A model generated the notes under the pieces. It worked only from the letters and a program-made list of their open reading frames with translations. It ran no database searches and had not been told where the DNA came from. From Gammaproteobacteria bacterium (GTDB taxonomy: Bacteria; Pseudomonadota; Gammaproteobacteria; CAJXQU01), in assembly GCA_965238175.1 (NCBI GenBank), contig CBDEGZ010000003.1, forward strand, positions 1,952,001 to 2,016,000: DNA of 64,000 nucleotides. The letters run 5' to 3'. Below, in pieces: positions 31,976-42,850 of this stretch (within the stretch, counting starts at the first letter, position 1; the number at the start of each line of letters is the position of its first letter). The position numbers and the translations under genes were made by a program.

Positions 31976-33559
31976 CTATAATAAATGTTGTGTTTGGTTA
32001 GTGTGCTGCAATTTTTCAAAATGATAACGTCCAGTGTGCAATGAGCTTGGTCCAAGCCGAACAAATTTAAACATTAGAAAAACTTCTATCACCAGCAAAA
32101 TGCTGTAGAAGACGATAAATGCGATCAGACTGTTATACACATCACTATACTCTAATGAGGAAACTGCTAATGCTGTGGGTAAAATTTCTCCCACCGCCCA
32201 AGGTTGACGCCCAAATTCTGCGACAAACCAGCCACATTCAATCGCGATCCAGGGCAGCGGTAAACTGAGAAAGCATAACCAGAGTAACCAGCGCTTATTG
32301 AACGACGATCGTTTAGCGGTGTAGTAGAACGCCAGGAAAAATACAGCGAGCATTGCAAAGCCACATGCAACCATTATGCGAAAGGCGAAAAACAAGGGCG
32401 CGACTTTAGGAATACTATTTTTCGCCGCTAATTTTATTTGTTCTTCGGTGGCATCAACCACATTTTCTGTATATTGTTTTAGTAATAAGGCGTAGCCATA
32501 GTCTTTGCTTAATTCATTTTTAAAGCGCATTTTTTCCACTTCAGATGCATTACCCTTTTTGATCTTGTTTACCAGATCGTAAGCGACAATTCCATTTCTG
32601 ATCCGTTGCTCATTGTCTTTAATGATATCTTTTAGGCCGGTGACTTCTTCAGTGAAAGATCGAGTGGCGATAATTCCCATTACGTAAGGAATTTTTATCG
32701 CTGAATGCGTTTCTTGTGCTTCTTGATCTGGGAAGCCAAATAAAGTGAACGCGGCGGGTGCTTCTTCTGTCTCCCATTCTGCTTCAATCGCGGCCAGTTT
32801 ATATTTCTGTAACGCACCTGTTTCATATCCGCTTTCATCACCCAATAAAATAACGGAGCAGACACCAGCCATTCCGAATCCTGCCGCAACAGCAAATGAT
32901 CGTTTTGCAAAACCAATATCTCGGCCTTTTAACAAATACCAGGCGCTGATGCTAAGAATGAACATTGAGCCGGCAACATAACCACTGGCTACCGTATGAA
33001 TAAATTTAACCTGGGCAACAGGGTTGAGCAAAATTTCTGTAAAACTGGTCATTTCCATACGCATGGTTTCGATATTCAGTTCTGCGCCAACCGGATTTTG
33101 CATCCAACCATTTGCGATCAAAATCCATAAAGCCGAAAAGTTGGTGCCGATGGCCATTAACCAGGTCACCACCATATGTTGAACACGCGACATGCGATCC
33201 CAGCCGAAAAAAAACATGCCAACAAAGGTTGATTCAAGGAAAAATGCCATTAAGCCTTCAATCGCTAATGGTGCACCAAATATATCACCGACATAATGCG
33301 AGTAGTAAGACCAGTTTGTCCCGAAAGAGAATTCCATTGTCAGACCCGTTGCAACACCCAGTGCAAAGTTAATTCCAAACAACTTGCCCCAGAATTTGAC
33401 CATGTCTTGATAAACTTGTCGGCCTGTCATTACGTAGACAGACTCCATGATCGCGAGAAGGAAGGTCATACCAAGTGTCAGTGGAACGAACAGGAAATGG
33501 TATAAAGCAACAACGGCGAACTGAAGTCGTGAAATTTCGACAAGTTCTTCAGTTATCAT
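31976..33559 (-). CDS. cydA: cytochrome bd ubiquinol oxidase subunit I (long Q-loop)
   Basis: SRLQFA...YHFLFVPLT, EGLMAFFLES, KLAAIEAEW, EFGRQPW. Confidence 0.97.
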   Translation of the reverse strand: MITEELVEISRLQFAVVALYHFLFVPLTLGMTFLLAIMESVYVMTGRQVYQDMVKFWGKLFGINFALGVATGLTMEFSFGTNWSYYSHYVGDIFGAPLAIEGLMAFFLESTFVGMFFFGWDRMSRVQHMVVTWLMAIGTNFSALWILIANGWMQNPVGAELNIETMRMEMTSFTEILLNPVAQVKFIHTVASGYVAGSMFILSISAWYLLKGRDIGFAKRSFAVAAGFGMAGVCSVILLGDESGYETGALQKYKLAAIEAEWETEEAPAAFTLFGFPDQEAQETHSAIKIPYVMGIIATRSFTEEVTGLKDIIKDNEQRIRNGIVAYDLVNKIKKGNASEVEKMRFKNELSKDYGYALLLKQYTENVVDATEEQIKLAAKNSIPKVAPLFFAFRIMVACGFAMLAVFFLAFYYTAKRSSFNKRWLLWLCFLSLPLPWIAIECGWFVAEFGRQPWAVGEILPTALAVSSLEYSDVYNSLIAFIVFYSILLVIEVFLMFKFVRLGPSSLHTGRYHFEKLQHTNQTQHLL

Positions 33560-33718
33560 ATTTTATGTCCCCAGTTTGTTTGAGCCTTAAATCAGACTGG
33601 CCACGTTTGTGAATTGCAGTATTATTCTAATGTAAGGAGCCTAATCAATGGAAGGCTTTTTGCTGTTACTACGACAAGTCGTTACTATGGATAATAATTT
33701 ATATATTTTCAGAGTCAT

Positions 33719-34909
33719 ATGAAATCAATTAAAAGTAATTCCTCATCATTGCCCTTAATGAAGGAAATGTTTACAGGCCTAATTGCAGCACCTTCAGTGA
33801 GCAGTGTGAACTCCGAATTTGATATGGGAAATAAGGCGGTTATTGATCAACTCGCAGAGTGGTTGTCTGGTTTGGGTTTTGATATCGAATTACAGCAAAT
33901 TTCTGATCAACCACAAAAATTTAATTTGATCGCAACTCTTGGCAAAGATCAGACAAATGAAAACGACGGTTTCATTCTTGCAGGACACACTGATACCGTT
34001 CCTTTTGATGAGAGTCTGTGGAAAAGCGATCCGTTTAAATTAACTGAGCGCGAAGATCGTTTCTATGGATTAGGCACATCTGATATGAAAGGTTTTTTCC
34101 CTTTAGTGCTGGAGGCGCTACGTGAAATTAATCTAGATAAAATTTCTAAGCCATTGATTATATTAGCAACAGCAGATGAAGAAAGTACCATGGCGGGTGC
34201 ACAAGCTTTGGTAAAGCAAAACAAGCTACGTGCACGTTATGCCATAATCGGAGAGCCGACCGGTTTACGTCCTATTCGAATGCATAAAGGTGTGATGATG
34301 GAGTCGATCATTGTTCATGGTCAGTCCGGACATTCTAGTAACCCTGCATATGGTAATAACGCGATGGAAGGGATGCATCAAGTCATTGGTGAGCTACTTT
34401 CCTGGCGAAATCAATTACAGGAAAAATATCAGGAATCACTATTTGAGGTGGATATTCCAACCATGAACTTAGGACATATTCACGGTGGTGATAACCCAAA
34501 CCGAATTTGTGGTGAGTGCGAGTTACAAATTGATCTAAGATTATTACCTGATATGGAAGTTGAGATATTAAGAGACTCATTAAATCAAAGAGTTGCTAAC
34601 GTTCTTGCAGATTCTGGGTTAACATATAGTATTCGATCTTTAACGGATCCTGTACCTGCATTATTTACGCAAGCAGATTCGTCAATTGTGGTTGCAGCAG
34701 AAAAGTTCAGTAATAAAAAGGCAGGGAGCGTGGCTTTTGCAACAGAAGGACCATTTTTAGATCAAATGGGAATTGAAACGGTGATTATGGGGGCTGGGGA
34801 TATTGATCAAGCGCATCAGCCTGATGAATATGTTGCTCTGAACCGACTTGAACCTATGGTCGAGATATTGAAAAACATGATTTATGAATTTTGTATTGAT
34901 AGCAAATAA
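33719..34909 (+). CDS. argE: acetylornithine deacetylase
   Basis: GHTDTVP, GTSDMKGFF, ADEES, IIGEPT, HGGDNPNRICG, QAHQPDE. Confidence 0.95.
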   Translation: MKSIKSNSSSLPLMKEMFTGLIAAPSVSSVNSEFDMGNKAVIDQLAEWLSGLGFDIELQQISDQPQKFNLIATLGKDQTNENDGFILAGHTDTVPFDESLWKSDPFKLTEREDRFYGLGTSDMKGFFPLVLEALREINLDKISKPLIILATADEESTMAGAQALVKQNKLRARYAIIGEPTGLRPIRMHKGVMMESIIVHGQSGHSSNPAYGNNAMEGMHQVIGELLSWRNQLQEKYQESLFEVDIPTMNLGHIHGGDNPNRICGECELQIDLRLLPDMEVEILRDSLNQRVANVLADSGLTYSIRSLTDPVPALFTQADSSIVVAAEKFSNKKAGSVAFATEGPFLDQMGIETVIMGAGDIDQAHQPDEYVALNRLEPMVEILKNMIYEFCIDSK

Positions 34910-34946
34910 CGAGTTAAAGCTCCATAGAAATTAAAGATAGGTATTA

Positions 34947-36263
34947 GTGATAGATAAAGAAATGAATAATTTTGATCCACAATTTGTTGAATGGTTTCGA
35001 TCGGCATCTCCTTATATACATATGCACAGAGGAAGTACGGTCGTTGTCTATTTTGGTGGTGAAGCTTTGGGAACAGACGAGTTTCCACATTTAATTCATG
35101 ATCTGGCCTTGCTATCCAGTTTGGGTATGAAGCTCATTGTTGTGCACGGTGCTCGTCCACAAATTGAAGATCGACTCAAAATAAATGATATAGCTACCAA
35201 CTACTCACAGGGTTTAAGGGTGACTGATCTTGATTCATTGAGCTGCGTAAAAGAGGCGGTTGGCGCAACGAGAGTTGAGATAGAGGCATTGTTTTCAACA
35301 GGCATTGTCAACTCACCGATGGCGGGCGCACAGATCCAGGTTGCTTCCGGAAATTTTGTCACGGCAAAACCTTTGGGTGTGCGTGAAGGTATCGATTTTT
35401 GTCATACCGGAGAAGTAAGACGAATTGATGCAGAGGCTATCACTCGACGTTTAGATTGTGGCGAAATTGTATTGATCTCACCGGTGGGTTATTCACCGAC
35501 AGGTGAAGTTTTTAATTTGAGTTCGTTTGATGTCGCATCCTCAGTTGCCGTTGCATTAAAAGCCGATAAGTTGATTCTGTTGACGGAAGGTGAGAAGTGT
35601 CTCAATGCGGCTGGAAATAAATTGCAGCAGATGACACAGAAAGAAGTTGAAGCTTGTTTGGAGAATGATAACCAGGTTTCCGAATTACTTTGTGCGCTAG
35701 CCGCCAGTCAACATGGTGTTGAACGTGTTCACTTAATAGATCGTGCAATTTCAGGTGGCTTGTTGTTGGAATTGTTCACCAGAGATGGAGTTGGGACATT
35801 ATTAAGTGCGATTTCTTACGATGAGCTTCATCAGGCAACCGTTGATGATATTGGTGGCATTTTGGAATTGCTTTCACCTCTTGAGAAAGCCGGAGCTTTG
35901 GCTAAACGTTCTCGTGAAAAGCTTGAGATTGAAATTGATCATTTCACCGTGATGAAACGTGATCACGCGATTATCGCTTGTGGCGCTTTATATCCATATC
36001 AGGATGAGAATCTTGCTGAGCTGGCATGCATTGCTGTTGATGATGAATATCGAGATTCAGGAAGAGGGGAGATATTACTCAAGATCCTTGAGAAACAAGC
36101 TCGCGAAATGAATATTGCTCAGCTATTTGTGCTGACTACGCATACAGCACATTGGTTTCTTGAGCATGGTTTTTCAGAAGGGGAAATTAGCAATTTACCC
36201 AAGGAGAGACAGTCGTTGTATAACTTTCAGCGAAATTCGAAGGTTTTTTTTAAGGCTGTTTAA
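34947..36263 (+). CDS. argA: amino-acid N-acetyltransferase (NAGS)
   Basis: WFRSASPYI..HRG, VHGARPQI, ELFTRDGVGT, C-terminal GNAT domain ending YNFQRNSKV. Confidence 0.96.
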   Translation: MIDKEMNNFDPQFVEWFRSASPYIHMHRGSTVVVYFGGEALGTDEFPHLIHDLALLSSLGMKLIVVHGARPQIEDRLKINDIATNYSQGLRVTDLDSLSCVKEAVGATRVEIEALFSTGIVNSPMAGAQIQVASGNFVTAKPLGVREGIDFCHTGEVRRIDAEAITRRLDCGEIVLISPVGYSPTGEVFNLSSFDVASSVAVALKADKLILLTEGEKCLNAAGNKLQQMTQKEVEACLENDNQVSELLCALAASQHGVERVHLIDRAISGGLLLELFTRDGVGTLLSAISYDELHQATVDDIGGILELLSPLEKAGALAKRSREKLEIEIDHFTVMKRDHAIIACGALYPYQDENLAELACIAVDDEYRDSGRGEILLKILEKQAREMNIAQLFVLTTHTAHWFLEHGFSEGEISNLPKERQSLYNFQRNSKVFFKAV

Positions 36264-36411
36264 CAATTAAAACAGAACTTCATTGATTTACTTGCTTGGT
36301 AAATTACTCTCAATTTGACAGAATAATCTCTGTCTCTCCGTGTTAAAACTGCTTCGTGATAAGTCAATTTAAACGCTCAATTTTCTAATAAGATCCTAAA
36401 CTAATAGTACT

Positions 36412-37107
36412 TTAGACTTGAGTTAAAATCCCGTCTTCAAGTTTTAATACTCGATCCATGCGGTGAGCTAGATTAATGTCATGGGTGACGATCAACAATG
36501 TCGATTTCATTGTTTGATTTAATTCCATAATCAGATCAAAAACATGATCGGCAGTTTCTCGATCAAGATTTCCTGTTGGTTCATCCGCAAGTAGACATTT
36601 GGGTTTTGTGATCAATGCTCGGGCAATTGCAGCTCTTTGGCGTTCACCACCAGAAAGTTCTCCGGGTTTATGATCCAATCTTTCCGCTAACCCAACCTTT
36701 TCAAGAATTGTACTGGATTCGGTTTTTGCATCTTTAACACTCTTTCCGGCAATTAACAGGGGCATTGCTACATTTTCTTCTGCTGTGAATTCAGGTAGAA
36801 GATGATGAAATTGATAGACGAAACCTAAACTACGATTTCGAAGTTTGCCGCGTTCAGCCTCATTCAAGTCGTTCATCTTTTCACCATCGACCAACACTTC
36901 ACCTGATGATGGAAGATCAAGCCCTCCTAGCAAATGTAGTAAGGTACTTTTACCAGAGCCGGAAGATCCAATGATTGCAACACTCTCGCTTGCTTTCAAT
37001 TCGAGATCCACGCCTTTTAAGACGTCAACATGTAACGGGCCTTCTTGAAAAGACATAGCGAGATCATGACAAGCTAATAACGTATCGTTTTCCATTACAT
37101 CACTCAT
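36412..37107 (-). CDS. lolD: lipoprotein-releasing ABC ATPase (likely start ATG 37107)
   Basis: [45 protein letters not shown]. Confidence 0.95.
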   Translation of the reverse strand: MSDVMENDTLLACHDLAMSFQEGPLHVDVLKGVDLELKASESVAIIGSSGSGKSTLLHLLGGLDLPSSGEVLVDGEKMNDLNEAERGKLRNRSLGFVYQFHHLLPEFTAEENVAMPLLIAGKSVKDAKTESSTILEKVGLAERLDHKPGELSGGERQRAAIARALITKPKCLLADEPTGNLDRETADHVFDLIMELNQTMKSTLLIVTHDINLAHRMDRVLKLEDGILTQV

Positions 37108-38347
37108 AGCGAAGAGCCTCAGCCGGCTGTGTTTTTGCCGCTTTCCATGCAGGGTAAATGGTAGCAAGCAAACATAGAATAAAGGCAACTAAGCCAATTT
37201 TGAACACCTCATCCCATTGCAAATCGGATGGGACGCCACTAATCACATAAACTGCAGGATCCATGATAATGGTATTAAAAGTATCCTCAATCCAAGGAAC
37301 TACGTTTTTTATATTTAGTGCTAAAACTACGCCTCCAATAATGCCAAGGAAGGTACCAATCAAACCAATGATTACGCCTTGGACAACGAAGATCCACATA
37401 ATACTTCGAGGAGTTACTCCTAATGTACGGAGGATAGCGACATCAGCTTGTTTATCGGTAACAACCATCACCAAGGTTGAGACAATATTAAATGCGGCAA
37501 CCGCAATAATCAGTGTCAGAATTACAAACATGACCATTTGTTCCAACTTTATAGCGGCGAAAAAATTCTTGTGGTACTGAGTCCAGTCAACAACACCATA
37601 ACGACCGGGAAGCTGCTTAACGATATCACGACTGATAGCTGGAGCATTAAACATATCATCGAGTTTAAGACGAATTCCACTGACACCCTCTTTGATTTTG
37701 AAAAGTTTTTTTGCGTCCTCAATATGAATGATAGCCATTTGAGAGTCATATTCATTCATGCCGACTTTAAAAATCCCTGCCACGGTAAATCGTTTCAATC
37801 GTGGGACAATACCTGCCGGTGTCGAATTTGGCTGAGGAGCTATGATCGTTACCTTATCACCAACGTTTGCACGGAGCGTATTTGCAAGGGCGTAACCCAG
37901 GACAAGATTAAAACTGCCTGGTTTTAGATCGGTTAGTTGGCCTTGCTCCATTTTATCCGCCACTTCAGAAACTTCTGATTCTTTTTCCGGAAGTACCCCT
38001 CTAATTAACGCACCTTGAACACTCTGACCATTAGTTAACATCGCTTGAGTTCGTACAAAAGGCGCAGTACCTAAAACATGTGGTTGTTGTTTAAGGGTAT
38101 CTTCGAGGCTCTTCCAATTCCGTAGTGCTCGTCCTGGTTCTACGATACTGGCGTGAGCTGTCATACCTAAAATACGATCACGAAGTTCTTTTTCAAAACC
38201 ATTCATGACCGAAAGGACAACAATTAAGGCCATTACCCCGATTGCGACACCCAACATGGATGAGAGGGAGATAAAAGAAATAAAGTGGTTTCGGCGTTTG
38301 GCGCGGGTATATCTCAGGCCGATACTGAGTTCTATGGGTCGAAACAT
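37100..38347 (-). CDS. lipoprotein-releasing permease LolC/E (single permease gene, LolF-type arrangement)
   Basis: [49 protein letters not shown]. Confidence 0.93.
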   Translation of the reverse strand: MFRPIELSIGLRYTRAKRRNHFISFISLSSMLGVAIGVMALIVVLSVMNGFEKELRDRILGMTAHASIVEPGRALRNWKSLEDTLKQQPHVLGTAPFVRTQAMLTNGQSVQGALIRGVLPEKESEVSEVADKMEQGQLTDLKPGSFNLVLGYALANTLRANVGDKVTIIAPQPNSTPAGIVPRLKRFTVAGIFKVGMNEYDSQMAIIHIEDAKKLFKIKEGVSGIRLKLDDMFNAPAISRDIVKQLPGRYGVVDWTQYHKNFFAAIKLEQMVMFVILTLIIAVAAFNIVSTLVMVVTDKQADVAILRTLGVTPRSIMWIFVVQGVIIGLIGTFLGIIGGVVLALNIKNVVPWIEDTFNTIIMDPAVYVISGVPSDLQWDEVFKIGLVAFILCLLATIYPAWKAAKTQPAEALRYE

Positions 38348-38407
38348 GGCTGCATTATAAGGCCCGTTCTTGTGTTTGCCTAATGAAACAAGATAGTCTA
38401 TTCACCC

Positions 38408-39076
38408 ATGAAGATATTAGCCTTAGATACTTCAACCGAAGCCTGTTCTGTAGCGCTTTGTTATGAAAAAAAAGTCATTTTTCGTTACGAGATTGCAGCG
38501 CAAAAACATACTCAATTGATCTTACCGATGATCGATGAGCTGATGACGGAAGCTTGTTTAAAACCAACACAACTCGATGCATTGGCTTTTGGCCGTGGCC
38601 CAGGCGCTTTTACGGGTGTGCGAATCGCGACAGGTATAGTTCAGGGGATTGCCTTTGCCGCGGACCTACCGGTGATCCCAGTTTCGTCATTAGTCACACT
38701 TGCTCAAGGTTGTTGGCGAGAGCATGGCGTCGAAAAAGTGATCAGTGTTATTGATGCCCGAATGGGAGAAGTTTACTGGGGTCATTTTCAATTAGAAAAT
38801 AAGGTAATGGTCGCATGTGCTGAAGAAGCTGTTTCAAGCCCTGATAAAATTATAAAACCCAAAGGGGAAGGGTGGTTTGGAGCAGGAAGTGGATGGGCAA
38901 GTTATGAAGAGCAACTATCTAAGCATCTAAGTACTCAAATAGTTAAAACTGATCTAAATACATATCCGCATGCTATCGATATGATTGAGCTGGCTAAAGA
39001 CGCTTTTAGTCATGGCGAAATAATTAGTGCAGAACAAGCTCATCCAGTTTATTTAAGGGATAATGTCACATCCTGA
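38408..39076 (+). CDS. tsaB: tRNA t6A biosynthesis protein TsaB
   Basis: LALDTSTEACS, GRGPGAFTGVRI, IDARMGEVY, PVYLRD. Confidence 0.96.
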   Translation: MKILALDTSTEACSVALCYEKKVIFRYEIAAQKHTQLILPMIDELMTEACLKPTQLDALAFGRGPGAFTGVRIATGIVQGIAFAADLPVIPVSSLVTLAQGCWREHGVEKVISVIDARMGEVYWGHFQLENKVMVACAEEAVSSPDKIIKPKGEGWFGAGSGWASYEEQLSKHLSTQIVKTDLNTYPHAIDMIELAKDAFSHGEIISAEQAHPVYLRDNVTS

Positions 39077-39840
39077 TCCAAACGATTTACGCCAGTTTCA
39101 AAGCTCCCATTGCTACCTAATTTGAACCAGCGATAGCCAGGTTTATTTTCTATATCAACATCAAAGTCTTTTGCTTCAGGTGTGTATTGAACACAAGTAG
39201 AAGGTGTTGCGTATAATTCGACACCGTTTCTAATTTGAGAAAACTCTTGATGATTATGTCCCCAGGAAACACATCTAACATGATCATGTTGATCGATTAC
39301 GGCAAAAAATTCATCTGCATTTTCTAACCTCATCGAATCCATCCATTTACTACCGATCAAAACAGGCTGGTGGTGGAAGAAAATTAGTGCATTCTGATCT
39401 TGGCAACCTTTTAAGCCCTTATCTAATTCAGTAAGTTCTTCGCTGGTAAAATAACCGCTGCGTTCTTGTGGATTATGCGTGTTTAGTGAGAAAACCACCC
39501 AATGATTAAAATCAATCTGTTGTTTAACATTTCCTACCAACAACCTCTCCATTAATTTTGGATCATCATGATTGCCGGGCAGATAATTTATTTTCTGATC
39601 GAATTCTTTTAATAAATCTAAAACGAGTTTATAAGCCGCAGGTTCTGGCTCCTGTACTAAATCTCCCGTGACGAACATAAGATCAAAACGGGAAAATTGT
39701 TGTTTAATTTGTTGAATTACTAACTGCAAAGAAAATGCAGGGTTAACACCGTTAAACTCATCCACTTTATTTGTAAAAATATGTAAATCTGAGATCTGGA
39801 TCAACACAAGATCTGCGTGATTTTGTTTGTTGATGTTCAT
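39049..39840 (-). CDS. cpdA: 3',5'-cyclic-AMP phosphodiesterase (Icc/CpdA metallophosphoesterase)
   Basis: QISDLH, TGDL, PGNHD, HH.P, GHNHQ, ATPSTCVQ. Confidence 0.9.
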   Translation of the reverse strand: MNINKQNHADLVLIQISDLHIFTNKVDEFNGVNPAFSLQLVIQQIKQQFSRFDLMFVTGDLVQEPEPAAYKLVLDLLKEFDQKINYLPGNHDDPKLMERLLVGNVKQQIDFNHWVVFSLNTHNPQERSGYFTSEELTELDKGLKGCQDQNALIFFHHQPVLIGSKWMDSMRLENADEFFAVIDQHDHVRCVSWGHNHQEFSQIRNGVELYATPSTCVQYTPEAKDFDVDIENKPGYRWFKLGSNGSFETGVNRLDQDVTLSLK

Positions 39841-39898
39841 TCTAGCTTACTCGGGATAAGGTGATGAAAAGACGATACATATAAAATTTAATGACAGC

Positions 39899-39907
39899 TT
39901 ATCCACA
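39899..39907 (+). promoter_or_regulatory. perfect DnaA box
   Basis: TTATCCACA matches the canonical 9-mer. Confidence 0.55.
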
Positions 39908-39936
39908 GGATATATACATCTAATTAACAAGGCAAT

Positions 39937-39984
39937 ATACAATATGTCGTGGTTTTGGTCTATCTTGACCACAGTAAATTGTAT
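39937..39984. promoter_or_regulatory. tandem putative NrdR boxes
   Basis: ATACAATATGTCGTGG (13/16 to acaCwAtATaTwGtgg) and CCACAGTAAATTGTAT (11/16); starts are 32 bp apart. Confidence 0.6.
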
Positions 39985-40032
39985 GTGTATCTTCTGGCTC
40001 ACATCTTTTCTAACCGTTTTGGAGAAAGGTTT

Positions 40033-40399
40033 TATGAGTACTTCTTTTAAAGAAGCCACTGAGCTACTCTCAGATCTTCAAGAAATTGAAATAACCAACA
40101 ACAAATCTTCTGACAAAACAATTCAAGATAATTTAAATAAACAATTATCAATTACGAACCCTGATAATTTGGTTTCAGACAAAGCTCACAACATAAGTGC
40201 ATTATCGCTGGATCATTGTGGCTCACAAGAATTGATCCATTGTTACCAGTTAGCATTAGATTTTGGTGTTCCAACCGCAAGACGTGCACTAGCCATTTAT
40301 CAATCGAGAGTTTCTTTAGTTAAAAACATCAACGATGAACAGATCGATAACGATAAAGAGCAAATATCACCTGACCAAGAAAAATTGCCGGGTTTTTGA
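40033..40399 (+). CDS. hypothetical protein (likely start near the MSTSFKE ATG, after a GGAG RBS)
   Basis: Open frame 39944-40399. The upstream in-frame part overlaps the regulatory boxes, so the later ATG is preferred. Confidence 0.55.
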
Positions 40400-40410
40400 T
40401 CGTTTTCTAA

Positions 40411-40887
40411 TTACTTTTCACGCGTCCAGTGGCCGGATTTTCCGCCGGATTTCTCTAGTAAGCCGACAGCCTCAATTGACATACCTCGATCAACGGCTTT
40501 GCACATGTCGTAAATCGTGAGAAGGCAAACCTGGGTTGCGGTGAGAGCTTCCATTTCAACACCGGTTTTTCCATCGGTTTCAACAACCACAGTACATTCT
40601 ATAGTATTTCCATTGATGGGTACGAGCTCAATTTCCACATGCGCTATTGGAATCGGATGGCATAAAGGGATCAGATCGGCGGTTTTTTTTGCTGCCATAA
40701 TACCGGCAATTCTAGCAATGCCTAAAACATCGCCTTTCTTGTGGCCACCTTCCATGATCAATTTTAATGTCTCGGGTAGCATCACAATACGCCCCGTGGT
40801 TTTTGCTAGCCGATGGGTAATGTCTTTTTCACCAACGTTGACCATATGGGCATCGCCGGACTGATTAAAGTGGGTAAGTTTGCTCAT
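40411..40887 (-). CDS. moaC: cyclic pyranopterin monophosphate synthase
   Basis: LTHF...[45 protein letters not shown]. Confidence 0.97.
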   Translation of the reverse strand: MSKLTHFNQSGDAHMVNVGEKDITHRLAKTTGRIVMLPETLKLIMEGGHKKGDVLGIARIAGIMAAKKTADLIPLCHPIPIAHVEIELVPINGNTIECTVVVETDGKTGVEMEALTATQVCLLTIYDMCKAVDRGMSIEAVGLLEKSGGKSGHWTREK

Positions 40888-40949
40888 AAAATAAATATAA
40901 CAGCCTTTAGGTATGTTTTGATTGTGTAGGTCGATTATAATTCAAATCT

Positions 40950-41183
40950 ATGACTATCACGGTAAAGTTTTTTGCAAGTTTAAGTGAACAGCTGGGAAAA
41001 CGAGAAGTTTCACTAGCGCCAGTTCACGAAATGACACTTGAACAAGTTTGGTATGAGGCTACGGATAAAGCCGATATACCGGCAAAACTATTAATGGCTA
41101 TCAATATGGAATATGCAAAACCAGAGTCGTTGGTTAAGGATAATGATGAGGTGGCCTTTTTCCCACCGGTGACGGGCGGCTAG
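40950..41183 (+). CDS. moaD: molybdopterin synthase sulfur-carrier subunit
   Basis: VKFFA...DEVAFFPPVTGG C-terminus. Confidence 0.96.
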   Translation: MTITVKFFASLSEQLGKREVSLAPVHEMTLEQVWYEATDKADIPAKLLMAINMEYAKPESLVKDNDEVAFFPPVTGG

Positions 41184-41190
41184 CAAGTAC

Positions 41191-41621
41191 ATGCATATTG
41201 AGATACATACTGAATCATTTGATCCGTGGCATGAGTTGAGTCTATACCAACGACGCTTATCGAAAGGGCAATATGGTGGTACCGCTGTTTTTGTTGGAAC
41301 GATGCGTGATTTTAATGATGATCAAACTGTACAAAAAATGACTCTGGAGCATTATCCAGGCATGACTGAAAAACATCTTGAGAAATTTGCCTACGGGCAA
41401 TTGATCAGTGGCAGTTGGTGGATGCAATGATCCTTCATCGTGTCGGTGAGATCCTTCCCAGCGATTCGATCGTTGTTGTTGCGGCCTGGTCAGCACATCG
41501 TAAAGAAGCATTTGAAGCCAGTCGATTTATGATCGAAGATTTAAAACATTCAGCTCCTTTTTGGAAGAAAGAAAAAAACGTCGATGGAACACGTTGGGTG
41601 GAAAACAACACGCCATCTTGA
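41191..41621 (+). pseudogene. moaE: molybdopterin synthase catalytic subunit, split by a 1-bp deletion near 41383-41385
   Basis: The 5' part (FVGTMRDFN, LEHYPGMTEK) and 3' part (HRVG, SAHRKEAF, LKHSAPFWKKE) are in different frames. Adding one A restores ...EKICLRAIDQWQLVDAMILHRVG. Confidence 0.88.
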
Positions 41622-41688
41622 AATAATAGATCATGAAAATACTACCTTTTAAAAAATAATTACTAACTTATCAGGTTTACACTCGGGA

Positions 41689-42438
41689 ATGGAAAATCAA
41701 AATTTATATAAGCCAATATTGCTTGGTGTCAATATTGATCATATTGCCACCGTAAGACAAGCTCGTGGCACGCGTTATCCTGATCCTGTTCAAGCCGCTA
41801 TAGAGGCTGAGCAAGCTGGTGCAGATGGTATTACCGTCCATCTACGTGAAGATCGTCGCCATATTCAGGATCGTGATGTGGAAATTCTGAACGAGGTTTT
41901 ACAAACTCGGATGAATCTTGAAATGGCGGTTACGAACGAAATGATCACAATTGCCGAGAGAATCAAACCTGCTCACTGTTGTTTAGTACCAGAAAAAAGA
42001 CAAGAGTTAACTACTGAAGGCGGGCTCGATATTGTTGGCCAGAAAGACAAGGTAAAAAATGCCTGTGCAAGATTAGCCGATGCCGGTATCGAAGTTTCGT
42101 TATTCATTGATGCAGATCAACAACAAATAGAAACCGCCGCTGAAGTTGGCGCTCCAGCTATTGAGATCCATACAGGTCATTTTGCAAATTGTACTGACCA
42201 AAGCGAAGCGGCAGTGCAGTTAAAAGAAATTATTTCAGGAGCTGAAAAAGGGTGTGAAGCAGGTTTAATCGTTAATGCAGGGCATGGGCTTAATTATCAT
42301 AATGTTGAAGAGATCGCAGCTATTTCGCAAATTAATGAATTGAACATTGGCCATGCTTTAATCGCCAGGGCGATGTTTACGGGTTTGTCAGAAGCAGTTA
42401 AAGAAATGAAGCGGGTTATGCGAGAAGCAAGAACATGA
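41689..42438 (+). CDS. pdxJ: pyridoxine 5'-phosphate synthase
   Basis: [39 protein letters not shown]. Confidence 0.97.
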   Translation: MENQNLYKPILLGVNIDHIATVRQARGTRYPDPVQAAIEAEQAGADGITVHLREDRRHIQDRDVEILNEVLQTRMNLEMAVTNEMITIAERIKPAHCCLVPEKRQELTTEGGLDIVGQKDKVKNACARLADAGIEVSLFIDADQQQIETAAEVGAPAIEIHTGHFANCTDQSEAAVQLKEIISGAEKGCEAGLIVNAGHGLNYHNVEEIAAISQINELNIGHALIARAMFTGLSEAVKEMKRVMREART

Positions 42439-42812
42439 TCTTTGGTATCGGTGTCGATATCGTACAGATTGTTCGTATTCAAAAAGCGATAGAAAATAGT
42501 GGTAAGAGGTTTGCTGAAAAAGTATTGACAGAAGAAGAGTATAAAGAGTTTTTGAGCAATAAAACCCCAACTAACTTTTTGGCCAAACGCTTTGCAGCTA
42601 AAGAAGCATTTTCGAAAGCATTGGGTACAGGTTTTACCGATGGTTTAACATTGAAACAAATACAAGTAACTCACAACGAAGCAGGCCGTCCACTGTTACA
42701 ATTATTTGATGTTGCAAAAGAAAAGGTCGATCAATTAAATATACGACATTGTCATCTTAGTATTTCTGATGAGCGTAAATATGTCGTAGCATTTGTCACG
42801 CTAGAAGAGTGA
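42435..42812 (+). CDS. acpS: holo-ACP synthase
   Basis: [32 protein letters not shown]. Confidence 0.97.
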   Translation: MIFGIGVDIVQIVRIQKAIENSGKRFAEKVLTEEEYKEFLSNKTPTNFLAKRFAAKEAFSKALGTGFTDGLTLKQIQVTHNEAGRPLLQLFDVAKEKVDQLNIRHCHLSISDERKYVVAFVTLEE

Positions 42813-42850
42813 GTTCGATATGAAGTATTGATCGAAAAAAGAGCTGCAAA

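Noticed and set aside
37108-37188. N-terminal extension of lolD in the track
   Set aside because: Lies inside lolC/E; the coupled ATG at 37107 fits LolD length.
39899-39907. oriC
   Set aside because: Only one DnaA box seen, no unwinding-element repeats and no dnaA/gidA context.
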